Source of the DNA: a virus
DNA length: 64,000 nt
Reading direction: 5' to 3' (one strand)
Virus record (IMG/VR): IMGVR_UViG_3300027833_000017
Shown here: piece by piece, positions 20,048 through 29,494 of the stretch
Position numbering within the stretch: the stretch's first letter is position 1
How the letters are laid out: each line of letters starts with the position of its first letter
Notes under the pieces: generated by a model
The model's input: the letters and a program-made list of their open reading frames with translations, nothing else
Told to the model about the DNA's origin: nothing
The model's database searches: none
Translations under genes and position numbers: made by a program

Positions 20048-23000
20048 ATGGCAAATATTGTATTAAGAAATTCTAATAATGGTGCGGATCAAGCAGCTGA
20101 TCTGTGTTTTAGTGGTACTGATGGAATAGTATCTTTAAATTACACTGGAACATTAACTGCAAATGATGGTACAAATTCGGGAACATTCTTATATTCAGAT
20201 GTAGCTCAAACTCTTGCGTGGGACGGACAAGATAAATGGTATATTTCAGAACTAGGTTTATACGTATTAAGAATAGACTCAAATGGTGAAGTTAAAGAGC
20301 TATTCTCAAATGATACAAGTGGTGGCGCACCGTTTTGTACTCCTGTAATTACGTTAAATGGTAATAATCTTATTGATGATCACGAAGCAGGCACCACATA
20401 TACTGATCAAGGTGCTACTTTAGAAGAGGAGTATAGTACTGGTGGAACTATAAGCATAGACAATCAAGTAGATGACACCACTCCTGGTAGTTATACAGTA
20501 ACATATACATATCCTAACGCAGTTACGGTAATTAGAACTGTAAATGTAGTTCCGACTCCAACACCAGCTCCAACTGTACAACCAACACCAGTTCCAGATA
20601 CGGTTGCTCCCGTAATATCACTCACTGGTAATGCTATAGTAACTATCGAGGTAGATCCATTTTTTGCAGGTCCCTACATCGATCAAGGTGCTACTGCATC
20701 AGATGATGTAGATGGTGACATTTCTGGTAACATTGTTGTTTTCAATGATGTAGATCCAACCACTGTTGGTGTTTATACAATTACATATAATGTTAGTGAC
20801 GCCGCAGGAAACAATGCAGTTGAAGTTACTAGAGAAGTTCGTGTCGTAGATACTACAATACCTGAAATTGTACTTCAAGGAGATAATCCACTAAATATCA
20901 ATATTGGTGATCCATATAGCGATCCTGGTTTCGCGGCAACCGATAATTATGACAACAATGCAACTCTTACTGGTCTTGTAGTTGTAGGTGGTGATACAGT
21001 TGACAACACAACAGTTGGTCAATATAATATAACATATAACGTAACTGATTCAAATAATAATGACGCAGTAGAGGTAACTCGTGTTGTTAACGTAAATGAT
21101 ACTTCGGCTCCAGTTCCAGAAAACGAGGCATATGATATAAGTTGGAACGGATCGCTCTCTATTATATTAGAAGCTTCTGATAACGTGGACTCTTCTGGTG
21201 GTTTAACATATACTATAGTAGATCAGCCAACTAAAGGAACATTAGTCGCAGATGGCGGTGATCTCTTTACTTATACTCACACTGCAGCAGTATACGGACA
21301 GGATTCTTTTACTTTTACAGCAACCGATTCAGAAGGGAACGTTTCTCTTCCTGGTACAATAACAATAAACCCAATAAACTTTGCGCCTGTTTTAACAGAT
21401 CCTGGATTAATACAACTACAACAAAACTCAAGCGTTGTATTTAACGTTGGTATACAGGACGCTGATAACGACGCTATAACAATTATTGAAGATACTGCTG
21501 TTTCAAATGGTACAATTCAATTAATACAAACATCTAATAATCTAGAGGTAACATATACGCCTAATCTTGGTCATTTTGGTGGAGATACATGGGTCATCAT
21601 AGGCCAGGATAGTAAAGAAGAACAATCAGCTCCACTAACTATTAACTTTGCTATTGAGGCTGTTCCGTATTTCGAAATGGATGCATCATCGTTTGGTAGT
21701 GATCCAGATGCTATGTGTATCGCACCTGCAACTACAAATGTTTATGGTGGAACAACATATGCAAACAATACTAGTGAATTATCAATAGGTGACACAGTTT
21801 ATTATGATCAAAATTTAAATAATAAGGTTACAAGGCCAAGTAATACTGCAATATACATAAAGGTTTCTGATTCTAGTAAAACTAGAGTATTAGGTATCAA
21901 TGCTAACGGAGTGATCACTAGTATTAAAGATTGTGAAAGTAATGCTAATTCTATATCCACGGCCGTTAGGTATGCAAGTAGTGAAAATGCATATTGTGAC
22001 GATGATATACAGATTACAAATCTTTGGTATAATGGTGATAATGGTCCAAAAACTTTACTTGAATTAGTAAATGGTTCTATACAAATATTCTCTAACGAGT
22101 ATGACTCAGATTTATTCACTATCACTAATGTAGTACAGGGCTCAATAGAAAGCGGAGTTTATGGAGATACCGATATTGCTTTAGATGTATTTTATAAAAG
22201 ATCATCTAATAACACATGGGGAGAAAACAACAATGAACCAGCTGGATTTGAGTTTGAGTGTGAAAAAGAAGTTGCACAAGAAATAAAACAAATTATTGTT
22301 CAATATTTACCAAACTTTGATGATCCAAATTTAAATGAATTTTGTACAGGACAATATTCTGGTGAACTCGAAGACGTTGTTTTATGGTTTAGTAGAGATG
22401 TGGGTGCGCCTGCTATTACTACCTTATTAGAATTAGGAAAATCAAATATTGCAATATACAAATCTAGTCTAGGTGCACAAGGACAGGATCCATTGGATTT
22501 ATTTGAATCAAATATATTCGCAGTAGGAAACAGCGATGAATATTTAGCATGGGATAATTTAGGTGATGGTAAAAATTTAAATTGGTATGGTTATGATGTC
22601 AATAATAAGTTAGCGGTTGGAAATAATATTTTTGAACTGGGTTCTTGTTCAACATATAATAATAGGCCTGACATTAATATTTCAGATCTTATTGAAGGTG
22701 ACTCTGCTAAGAATAACTTTTATGCATTCTATTCTTATACTCCTGAAATCGAAGGACCCGAAGGGCCAGATGGCGGTTATACAACTGAAGATATATTTTG
22801 GCCAGTATATGTAATAGATGGTCTACATACAAATACATCAGGAGACACTGGTAGTCACATAAAAGATTTTATAGATGATTTAACGATAGGAAATGTAGTT
22901 GCGTCTAACAACACTGGAGAATGTTTATCATATGTTTCTAGAATTATTGCAGAAGACATAGATGATGCCGTGTTATTACTAAAAAATAATTTTAATGATT

Positions 23001-26000
23001 CTAAAATAAGACCCGTTGTTTCTAGTGGAATTGAACTAGGTTTTAGTAGCGAAGAGACTATTAACATTTATGAAAATAATGGTGCACCATGCGTTCTTGG
23101 TAGTGAAATTGAAATTAATAAAACATATACGTTTCCATTCGTTAGTGGTTATGATTCTGTTAAAGCTGGTCCAAATTTTAACACGGAAACTAATTATAAA
23201 CTAGATAATGTCGCCAAGCCTTTATTAAGAACTAATCCTAAATTATCTGGAAATATAAAAATAGTTACAGATTCTAGTGGTACGGTATATTTGGAGAGTA
23301 TAAGCGCCAGTGAAAAATTAGCGGGAATAAAATATAAAAAAAATCCTATTAATCCAAATGGAAATTATGCCAAAGACGTATCTTCTTTTTTTAGAGCTAC
23401 TGGAACTCCATCTGATTTAATATACTTAACAAAAAGAGTTAATTCTGATTTAACGGTACATGATTCTTATAATAAACAAGTAGAAGAGGAATATCAATAT
23501 GGAACTACTTATAATTATTCTAAAAATTATGATGAGAGTTATAAAATGTTTGCACCTATATGGGCAGATAATAATATGCCAAATAATTTTGTAATATTTA
23601 AAGTAAAAGATCCTAGTTTATTGGATTCTACTCATACGAATAGTAGCAACGCTGATAGAATTTCCAGCATGTTAAAAAATGCTGAGATAATTAAATCATT
23701 TGATTTATCAAAAGATTCAGATTTAGGAAAATATATTAGATCTCATGTTCAACAAGAAACTTTCCCTAAAGCACCGTTAACTGTTTCGTTTAACAAAAAT
23801 GAAAATACTAATTATAATGGTATAGATTTAAAATCAGGTGAATTAACTAGCAAGGGTGAATACATTTACAAAGATTTTGTAGAAACTGACAAACCCCTTA
23901 TTGAGGCCAATGATTTTATAACCGATGGTTTTAAAAGAAATGACATGTTATGTGCTAATATATTGAATTTGGAATTCTTATTTGACGATAACGAAGGGTC
24001 TGATTATAGTGTTAGTAGATATTTTGGATTATATGTTGATACTGTGGATTCTGGTGTAGGTGAAATTAATTCTGTTAGTAACAATGTAATTACTTTTGGT
24101 AAAATTGATTCATTAATTGATAGTACAAATTCAATTACGGCAATTCCTAGTTATAAACAAATGTCTACATCACCGACTTTAGGTTATGTAAAGATAAATG
24201 ATATTTTTTATAAGATATCAAACTCTGGTTTTTACAATCCTTCAAAATTAGAAGTTAAAGTAGACGGCAACAATGAAGTTATATCAAAAACCATAGGTAT
24301 TTCTCATGTTGGTAGATCTGTTAATTTAACTAGAAATGAAGATCAAGGTTTTGATTTTGTTAAAATGACAATAACAGGTGCACCTGATAGTGCTGATAAA
24401 ATAGCTGTATTAGAATCAAGAGAAGAATCATATAAGTTTACGTTTATTAAACACACGCCTGGAGAATTAATTAATATTAAAATAGAAGAAGATGGTGTCG
24501 AATCTGATTTGTTCGATAATGATATAGAATTAGGTGTTGATTTTGAGGCTACTGTAGCTAACATTATAGCTGCACCAAAAGATGCAAACTTAAACATTAC
24601 TTTTGATTATAATACTAAGTCTGTGACTATAACTGAAATTAAAACAAATCTAGGCAATCTTAATATGAGAGTTGTAGGTGCAATCAGTTCTATTGTTAGA
24701 GTTGATCAACTCCAATCTAATATTAATTTACAAGATAGAACATATGTTTCTAATTATACACTACCAAAAGGAACTTATAAAGGACAACAATTTTCTAATC
24801 AAGGAACTACTGGAGATATAGCATCCGCGTTGGCATCTGCGATACAAAACGATGAAGGTGAATTAGAGTCATATAATGTAGGGTCAGATGTTTTTGTAAA
24901 AACAAATGTACCTGGATATAGACTAAAACAACATGCTATATTGGTAAACAAAGAGAATGTTGCTGATTTTATTAAAGTAGAAAATGAAGATTTAAATAAT
25001 ATATTAAACCTCAAAAAAGGTGCCAATTCTATAAAAGAAAATTGGAGAGCTCATTATTTAAATGGAGGTAACACTCGTAACAGATCGGTGTTTGTTGATA
25101 ATACAACTTTAAGTGAAATATCAGTTGGTGATTATTTAGAAACTAATTATAAAGGTATTTACAACAAAGTTTTAGATATTGTCGAAGATATTGAGTCTGT
25201 TAACTCTACTAGATCTAAAATAATATTATCTTTAGATTCAGATATTAATGACGGAGAAGCAAGGGTCTTTAATAACAACATAGTACATGTTGGTTTGTTC
25301 TCGGCGTATGATCTATATGACATGGACTTTGATTTTTATGACACTTCAAATTCTAATTTAAAGGAACTTTCTTTAGAAACAAGAAGCAATATAAATTACG
25401 AACCATATGAAAACGCTATATTAAATATAGATCCAATCACAAGTGAATTTAATTCAATATTAGCTGCTAGTGACATATTTGATGATAATTATGCACTAGA
25501 ACCTGTTGATTATTTTTCTAATTTATCCGGAATATTATCTGAAGAAACTATCGACGAAGAATTATCTGAAAATATTACAAGTGAATTTGATAGATTAAAA
25601 GAAAACGAATTAAAAGAATTTGCTACTAAATCTAGAGTTGTTCCTAATATTAACAAGTGGGTTCTAAAAGATTCATTAAATGTTAAAGAACAACCATACT
25701 ATTTAAATACTAACGAAGCGTTTGGTAGAACTAATTTCTCCCCTGATTTAAGTGCAATTGGTCGTAATAAAAATGACATGACACATGAATGGTTTTACAT
25801 GGACAAAAATCCAAAGTATTTAAGATACGACGAATTAAACCAAGGTTTTTCATATGTAAACTTTATTGAAGATTTTGAATTAACATCTGATTTATTCAAA
25901 AGTACTAAAAATAATTATTTTGACAAATTTATGATTTCTGAAGGATTTGAAAAAAATCTAAATCAAGAAGATTTAGAATCTATATTTCAAAAATTCGGAG

Positions 26001-28087
26001 AATACACAGAGGGTTATTTAAACCCTGATGATATTAATAATACGTTCTTTAAAACAGAATTAAAGAAAAAATATACATTGATAGATGGCGGTGATACAAG
26101 TGCTTTTGCTAACACTATATTCAAAGGTTTAAAAGTTGTATTAAAAAATAGAAAAGAATTTGCAAATAAAACTGCACTTGATTTTGTTAAAAGTAGTGAA
26201 TTTAATGGTTATAAATTTAGTATTTTATTAAAAACAAATACTGACACCGAAACAAATGATATAGAATTTGAAGTTATTCAAAACAAGAAGTTTAAGTATG
26301 TAATCTTTTTTATTACAATGAATCTTAGCGATTATTGGGTGAAAGGAAACATGAATAGAAAACTATTATATGAATTAAATCACAAAATCGTATATGATCA
26401 TGCGGGTGAAGATTATATTTATGCCAACACTTCGTTTGATGGTGCGCTAAATTGGAACCAAGCTGATTTTTCAGGGGAATTACCATTTACAATAGAAGGT
26501 ATTCCTCATATTGACGGAAGCATGCCTAATTTCGATGATCAAATTTTATTAGGAGAAAATGGATTATATGGTGATGTTTTAATGGACTTATATCCTGAAA
26601 CTCCTGGAAATACAATTTATAAGTTTTCAATTTACACTGTAGAAGGTGATAATATTGTTAAAGTACAAGGGAAACCTGTAAATGTGAATGATCCATCTGA
26701 TATTCTAGATGTAGAGTTTTTACCCAACTATTTACAAAGTAAAATAAAATATTACTATAAAGATGGTGGAACAAATATACACAAAGTTCTTTTAGAAAAA
26801 CTATCTATCAATAGTGTTGCAGAAATGATAAACTTAAATGATGATAGTGTTAAATATACTACAGTAGAGGAAGATGGAGAAATAAACACAAATAGGTTTA
26901 CTATTAATTTTGAAGATGGAAATGAAATTATAAAATATGCGACCCTTTCTGTAGAAGAAGATAATGATAAACCAAAGAGTTTTAAATTATTTAAAGGTAT
27001 TATTGGTTATAATTTGATTAAATCAAATAATGCAGAATATTATCCATTCTTAATAAGACACAGTGGATCATATACTATAGGATTTAAACCTGTTGTTACA
27101 TTTACTGATATGTATACTCATTTTAAATCTAATAGAGTACAGGCTACAGTAGACAATAGAGAAGCTCAATTTGAGTCATTTTTATACAGGCATGCTATGA
27201 ATGATTCATATGAATTAAAAACTGCTAAATCATATTATAACAGATATAATAGATGTGGTACTACATTTAATGTGGGACTTATCATAGACAACAACATCCA
27301 TGATTCTAGTTGGGGTATTATAAAAAATCATTTTTATCACAAGGTAAATGAAATAAATCCAAACGGTATCACTAAACTATCAGAGTCTTCCGATAAATTA
27401 CCATTATATCCACGTATTAATGAAATTGCTATTTCTAAAAAAGATGTGAATGTATTTAGATCTTCGTGGGATGCAAATTATTACACTAGGGCACTATCTG
27501 GTGGTAAATCAGAAGATATACCGGGAACGCTAGATAACACTGAAGAAAAATCTTATCTTGGATCTACCACGATGAAAATTAAAAACGAGTATGACATTAC
27601 TTCTTTTACATATCAGAGCGTAGACAGCCAAGAAGACTTAGATTTTATTTTAAAGAATGGTATAAATAAAACTGAAGTAACTATGTTTGAGGATGAAAAA
27701 CAAATAGTTGCAGATTTTTATATTACTGATGCTGCCACTAGGTTGCTAAGAAATGACGGAGTGTTTGATGTAATAAATAAATATGTGAATGTTGAAGATT
27801 CAGCTGGAGATAAAACAACGTTAGTTGATGATGCAAACTTCTATATTAATAATAATATTATTGAAAAATTTGTGGTAGATTCTATATCGCTGTATACCAG
27901 GGATTTTAAAGGAAGACCTTCATCGATAATAAACATATATGAAGATATTCGTGCTGGTGGATTTACACCGGATAATAATTTTAGATTTAAATCTCATAAA
28001 CAAAAGCCTATGAATTTTAGATTGATATATAATAAAAGATTAGGATATTCTTACGACATTAAACCTATGATAAAAATAAAGTCATAA
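20048..28087 (+). CDS. giant virion protein with N-terminal DUF5011-type Ig repeats and cadherin/Big-like domains
   Basis: Repeated PVITLNG/PVISLTG/PEIVLQG...DQGATA..D..DG...VGxYTITYNVSDAAGN motifs, followed by DQPTKGTL...DSFTFTATD. Length is 2679 aa. Confidence 0.7.
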   Translation: MANIVLRNSNNGADQAADLCFSGTDGIVSLNYTGTLTANDGTNSGTFLYSDVAQTLAWDGQDKWYISELGLYVLRIDSNGEVKELFSNDTSGGAPFCTPVITLNGNNLIDDHEAGTTYTDQGATLEEEYSTGGTISIDNQVDDTTPGSYTVTYTYPNAVTVIRTVNVVPTPTPAPTVQPTPVPDTVAPVISLTGNAIVTIEVDPFFAGPYIDQGATASDDVDGDISGNIVVFNDVDPTTVGVYTITYNVSDAAGNNAVEVTREVRVVDTTIPEIVLQGDNPLNINIGDPYSDPGFAATDNYDNNATLTGLVVVGGDTVDNTTVGQYNITYNVTDSNNNDAVEVTRVVNVNDTSAPVPENEAYDISWNGSLSIILEASDNVDSSGGLTYTIVDQPTKGTLVADGGDLFTYTHTAAVYGQDSFTFTATDSEGNVSLPGTITINPINFAPVLTDPGLIQLQQNSSVVFNVGIQDADNDAITIIEDTAVSNGTIQLIQTSNNLEVTYTPNLGHFGGDTWVIIGQDSKEEQSAPLTINFAIEAVPYFEMDASSFGSDPDAMCIAPATTNVYGGTTYANNTSELSIGDTVYYDQNLNNKVTRPSNTAIYIKVSDSSKTRVLGINANGVITSIKDCESNANSISTAVRYASSENAYCDDDIQITNLWYNGDNGPKTLLELVNGSIQIFSNEYDSDLFTITNVVQGSIESGVYGDTDIALDVFYKRSSNNTWGENNNEPAGFEFECEKEVAQEIKQIIVQYLPNFDDPNLNEFCTGQYSGELEDVVLWFSRDVGAPAITTLLELGKSNIAIYKSSLGAQGQDPLDLFESNIFAVGNSDEYLAWDNLGDGKNLNWYGYDVNNKLAVGNNIFELGSCSTYNNRPDINISDLIEGDSAKNNFYAFYSYTPEIEGPEGPDGGYTTEDIFWPVYVIDGLHTNTSGDTGSHIKDFIDDLTIGNVVASNNTGECLSYVSRIIAEDIDDAVLLLKNNFNDSKIRPVVSSGIELGFSSEETINIYENNGAPCVLGSEIEINKTYTFPFVSGYDSVKAGPNFNTETNYKLDNVAKPLLRTNPKLSGNIKIVTDSSGTVYLESISASEKLAGIKYKKNPINPNGNYAKDVSSFFRATGTPSDLIYLTKRVNSDLTVHDSYNKQVEEEYQYGTTYNYSKNYDESYKMFAPIWADNNMPNNFVIFKVKDPSLLDSTHTNSSNADRISSMLKNAEIIKSFDLSKDSDLGKYIRSHVQQETFPKAPLTVSFNKNENTNYNGIDLKSGELTSKGEYIYKDFVETDKPLIEANDFITDGFKRNDMLCANILNLEFLFDDNEGSDYSVSRYFGLYVDTVDSGVGEINSVSNNVITFGKIDSLIDSTNSITAIPSYKQMSTSPTLGYVKINDIFYKISNSGFYNPSKLEVKVDGNNEVISKTIGISHVGRSVNLTRNEDQGFDFVKMTITGAPDSADKIAVLESREESYKFTFIKHTPGELINIKIEEDGVESDLFDNDIELGVDFEATVANIIAAPKDANLNITFDYNTKSVTITEIKTNLGNLNMRVVGAISSIVRVDQLQSNINLQDRTYVSNYTLPKGTYKGQQFSNQGTTGDIASALASAIQNDEGELESYNVGSDVFVKTNVPGYRLKQHAILVNKENVADFIKVENEDLNNILNLKKGANSIKENWRAHYLNGGNTRNRSVFVDNTTLSEISVGDYLETNYKGIYNKVLDIVEDIESVNSTRSKIILSLDSDINDGEARVFNNNIVHVGLFSAYDLYDMDFDFYDTSNSNLKELSLETRSNINYEPYENAILNIDPITSEFNSILAASDIFDDNYALEPVDYFSNLSGILSEETIDEELSENITSEFDRLKENELKEFATKSRVVPNINKWVLKDSLNVKEQPYYLNTNEAFGRTNFSPDLSAIGRNKNDMTHEWFYMDKNPKYLRYDELNQGFSYVNFIEDFELTSDLFKSTKNNYFDKFMISEGFEKNLNQEDLESIFQKFGEYTEGYLNPDDINNTFFKTELKKKYTLIDGGDTSAFANTIFKGLKVVLKNRKEFANKTALDFVKSSEFNGYKFSILLKTNTDTETNDIEFEVIQNKKFKYVIFFITMNLSDYWVKGNMNRKLLYELNHKIVYDHAGEDYIYANTSFDGALNWNQADFSGELPFTIEGIPHIDGSMPNFDDQILLGENGLYGDVLMDLYPETPGNTIYKFSIYTVEGDNIVKVQGKPVNVNDPSDILDVEFLPNYLQSKIKYYYKDGGTNIHKVLLEKLSINSVAEMINLNDDSVKYTTVEEDGEINTNRFTINFEDGNEIIKYATLSVEEDNDKPKSFKLFKGIIGYNLIKSNNAEYYPFLIRHSGSYTIGFKPVVTFTDMYTHFKSNRVQATVDNREAQFESFLYRHAMNDSYELKTAKSYYNRYNRCGTTFNVGLIIDNNIHDSSWGIIKNHFYHKVNEINPNGITKLSESSDKLPLYPRINEIAISKKDVNVFRSSWDANYYTRALSGGKSEDIPGTLDNTEEKSYLGSTTMKIKNEYDITSFTYQSVDSQEDLDFILKNGINKTEVTMFEDEKQIVADFYITDAATRLLRNDGVFDVINKYVNVEDSAGDKTTLVDDANFYINNNIIEKFVVDSISLYTRDFKGRPSSIINIYEDIRAGGFTPDNNFRFKSHKQKPMNFRLIYNKRLGYSYDIKPMIKIKS

Positions 28088-28088
28088 A

Positions 28089-29447
28089 ATGGCAATTAAC
28101 ATTCAAGAGATACTACACCCGAGTGATTCAGACTCTATTAAGTTTGAAAAAATCAACTATAACTTTGACCAGATATTGGCAAACGGAGGTGGACCTGTTG
28201 GTCCTAAAGGGCAAAAAGGAGATCAAGGTCAAGTTGGTTCTACAGGACAAAAAGGTGAAAAAGGTGAGATTGGTAATACTGGTCTAAAAGGAGATTCAGG
28301 AGCAACTGATAGTCCATGGTACAAAGTTGAATTAGATGCTAATTCAAATGGACAAAACGAGGTTACTATTCTAAAACCTAAAAGAGGAACTGATTTACAA
28401 CTTCCTATAATTTGGCTAGGAGATTCTACATTTGTAGAAGATTCTAATGACGGCGATGTTTCATCAAATGCAAGATTGACAATAGCAACTGATAGTGTTT
28501 TTGCAAATTATCTAAAATTGTTTCATGACTCAATTCATGGTTTAGTATTAACTAGTGAAGAAAGCGGAGCTTATAAAAGATTTGCTTTTAAAAATAATTT
28601 TGGTAGTAGCAATATAGAGTTTGGTGCAACTACCAATAAAATATCTTTGGTTGCTACTAGTTCTAATGCATATTTTCAAGGTGAAGGCGTAGCAATTAAA
28701 ACGACTGGATCAAACAACCTTAGTTTAGAAGCTTCAGGTAATGGTATATTAGATGTAGATATAAATGCCGAATTTAAAGGTTATGTAAGATTGCCTTATG
28801 GTGGAACTGGACAAAGACCAGTAAATCCACAAGTAGGTATGATAAGATTTAATAGTGATTTAGATATTGCTGAAGCTTATTATTATAATAGTGGTTCACC
28901 GGAATGGAGAGAATTATGTACAGATTGTGGTAGCGGAGTAGCAGATAGTATTGGAATTATAGGCGGAGACATTAATGCATATGCTGATGGAAGTCCAGTA
29001 ATAACTGACACTATTTCTATTGGAGGTGGAAACATTGATGCAAACAGTGACGGGTCACCAAGTTCAAATGTACCTGATCCGACTGCAACCCCAGTTCCAA
29101 CTAGTGGAAGTGGAAGTGGTTCAGGTCCAAGTCCAACAGCACAGCCAACCCCAGTTCCAACTAGTGGAAGTGGTTCAGGTCCAAGTCCAACAGCACAGCC
29201 AACCCCAGTTCCAACTAGTGGAAGTGGAAGTGGTTCAGGTCCAAGTCCAACAGTACAGCCAACCCCAGTTCCAACTAGTGGAAGTGGAAGTGGTTCAGGT
29301 CCAAGTCCAACAGCACAGCCAACGCCATCACCAACGGATAGCTCAGGAACTGGATCAGGAGGAACTAGTTCAGGAACTGGATCAGGAGGAACTAGCTCAG
29401 GAACTGGATCAGGAGAAACGAGTTCAGGAACTGGATCAGGATATTAA
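28089..29447 (+). CDS. collagen-like tail fibre with a Pro/Thr/Ser/Gly repeat tail
   Basis: N-terminal SDSDSIKFEKINYNFDQIL anchor, about 13 Gly-X-Y triplets, and the fibre motif RLPYGGTGQRP...GMIRFNSD. Confidence 0.75.
   Translation: MAINIQEILHPSDSDSIKFEKINYNFDQILANGGGPVGPKGQKGDQGQVGSTGQKGEKGEIGNTGLKGDSGATDSPWYKVELDANSNGQNEVTILKPKRGTDLQLPIIWLGDSTFVEDSNDGDVSSNARLTIATDSVFANYLKLFHDSIHGLVLTSEESGAYKRFAFKNNFGSSNIEFGATTNKISLVATSSNAYFQGEGVAIKTTGSNNLSLEASGNGILDVDINAEFKGYVRLPYGGTGQRPVNPQVGMIRFNSDLDIAEAYYYNSGSPEWRELCTDCGSGVADSIGIIGGDINAYADGSPVITDTISIGGGNIDANSDGSPSSNVPDPTATPVPTSGSGSGSGPSPTAQPTPVPTSGSGSGPSPTAQPTPVPTSGSGSGSGPSPTVQPTPVPTSGSGSGSGPSPTAQPTPSPTDSSGTGSGGTSSGTGSGGTSSGTGSGETSSGTGSGY
29087..29440 (+). 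repeat. four 54-60 bp units (PTPVPTSGSGSGSGPSPTAQ) followed by about four 27-bp units (SSGTGSGGT)
   Basis: Near-identical tandem DNA repeats seen directly. Confidence 0.95.
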
Positions 29448-29494
29448 AAGTACAAACACGATAAGTAAGATATATATAAAAAATAAACAAAACA

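Noticed and set aside
29087-29440. Possible CRISPR array
   Set aside because: Units are contiguous, in-frame coding repeats with no unique spacers, and no cas genes are present.
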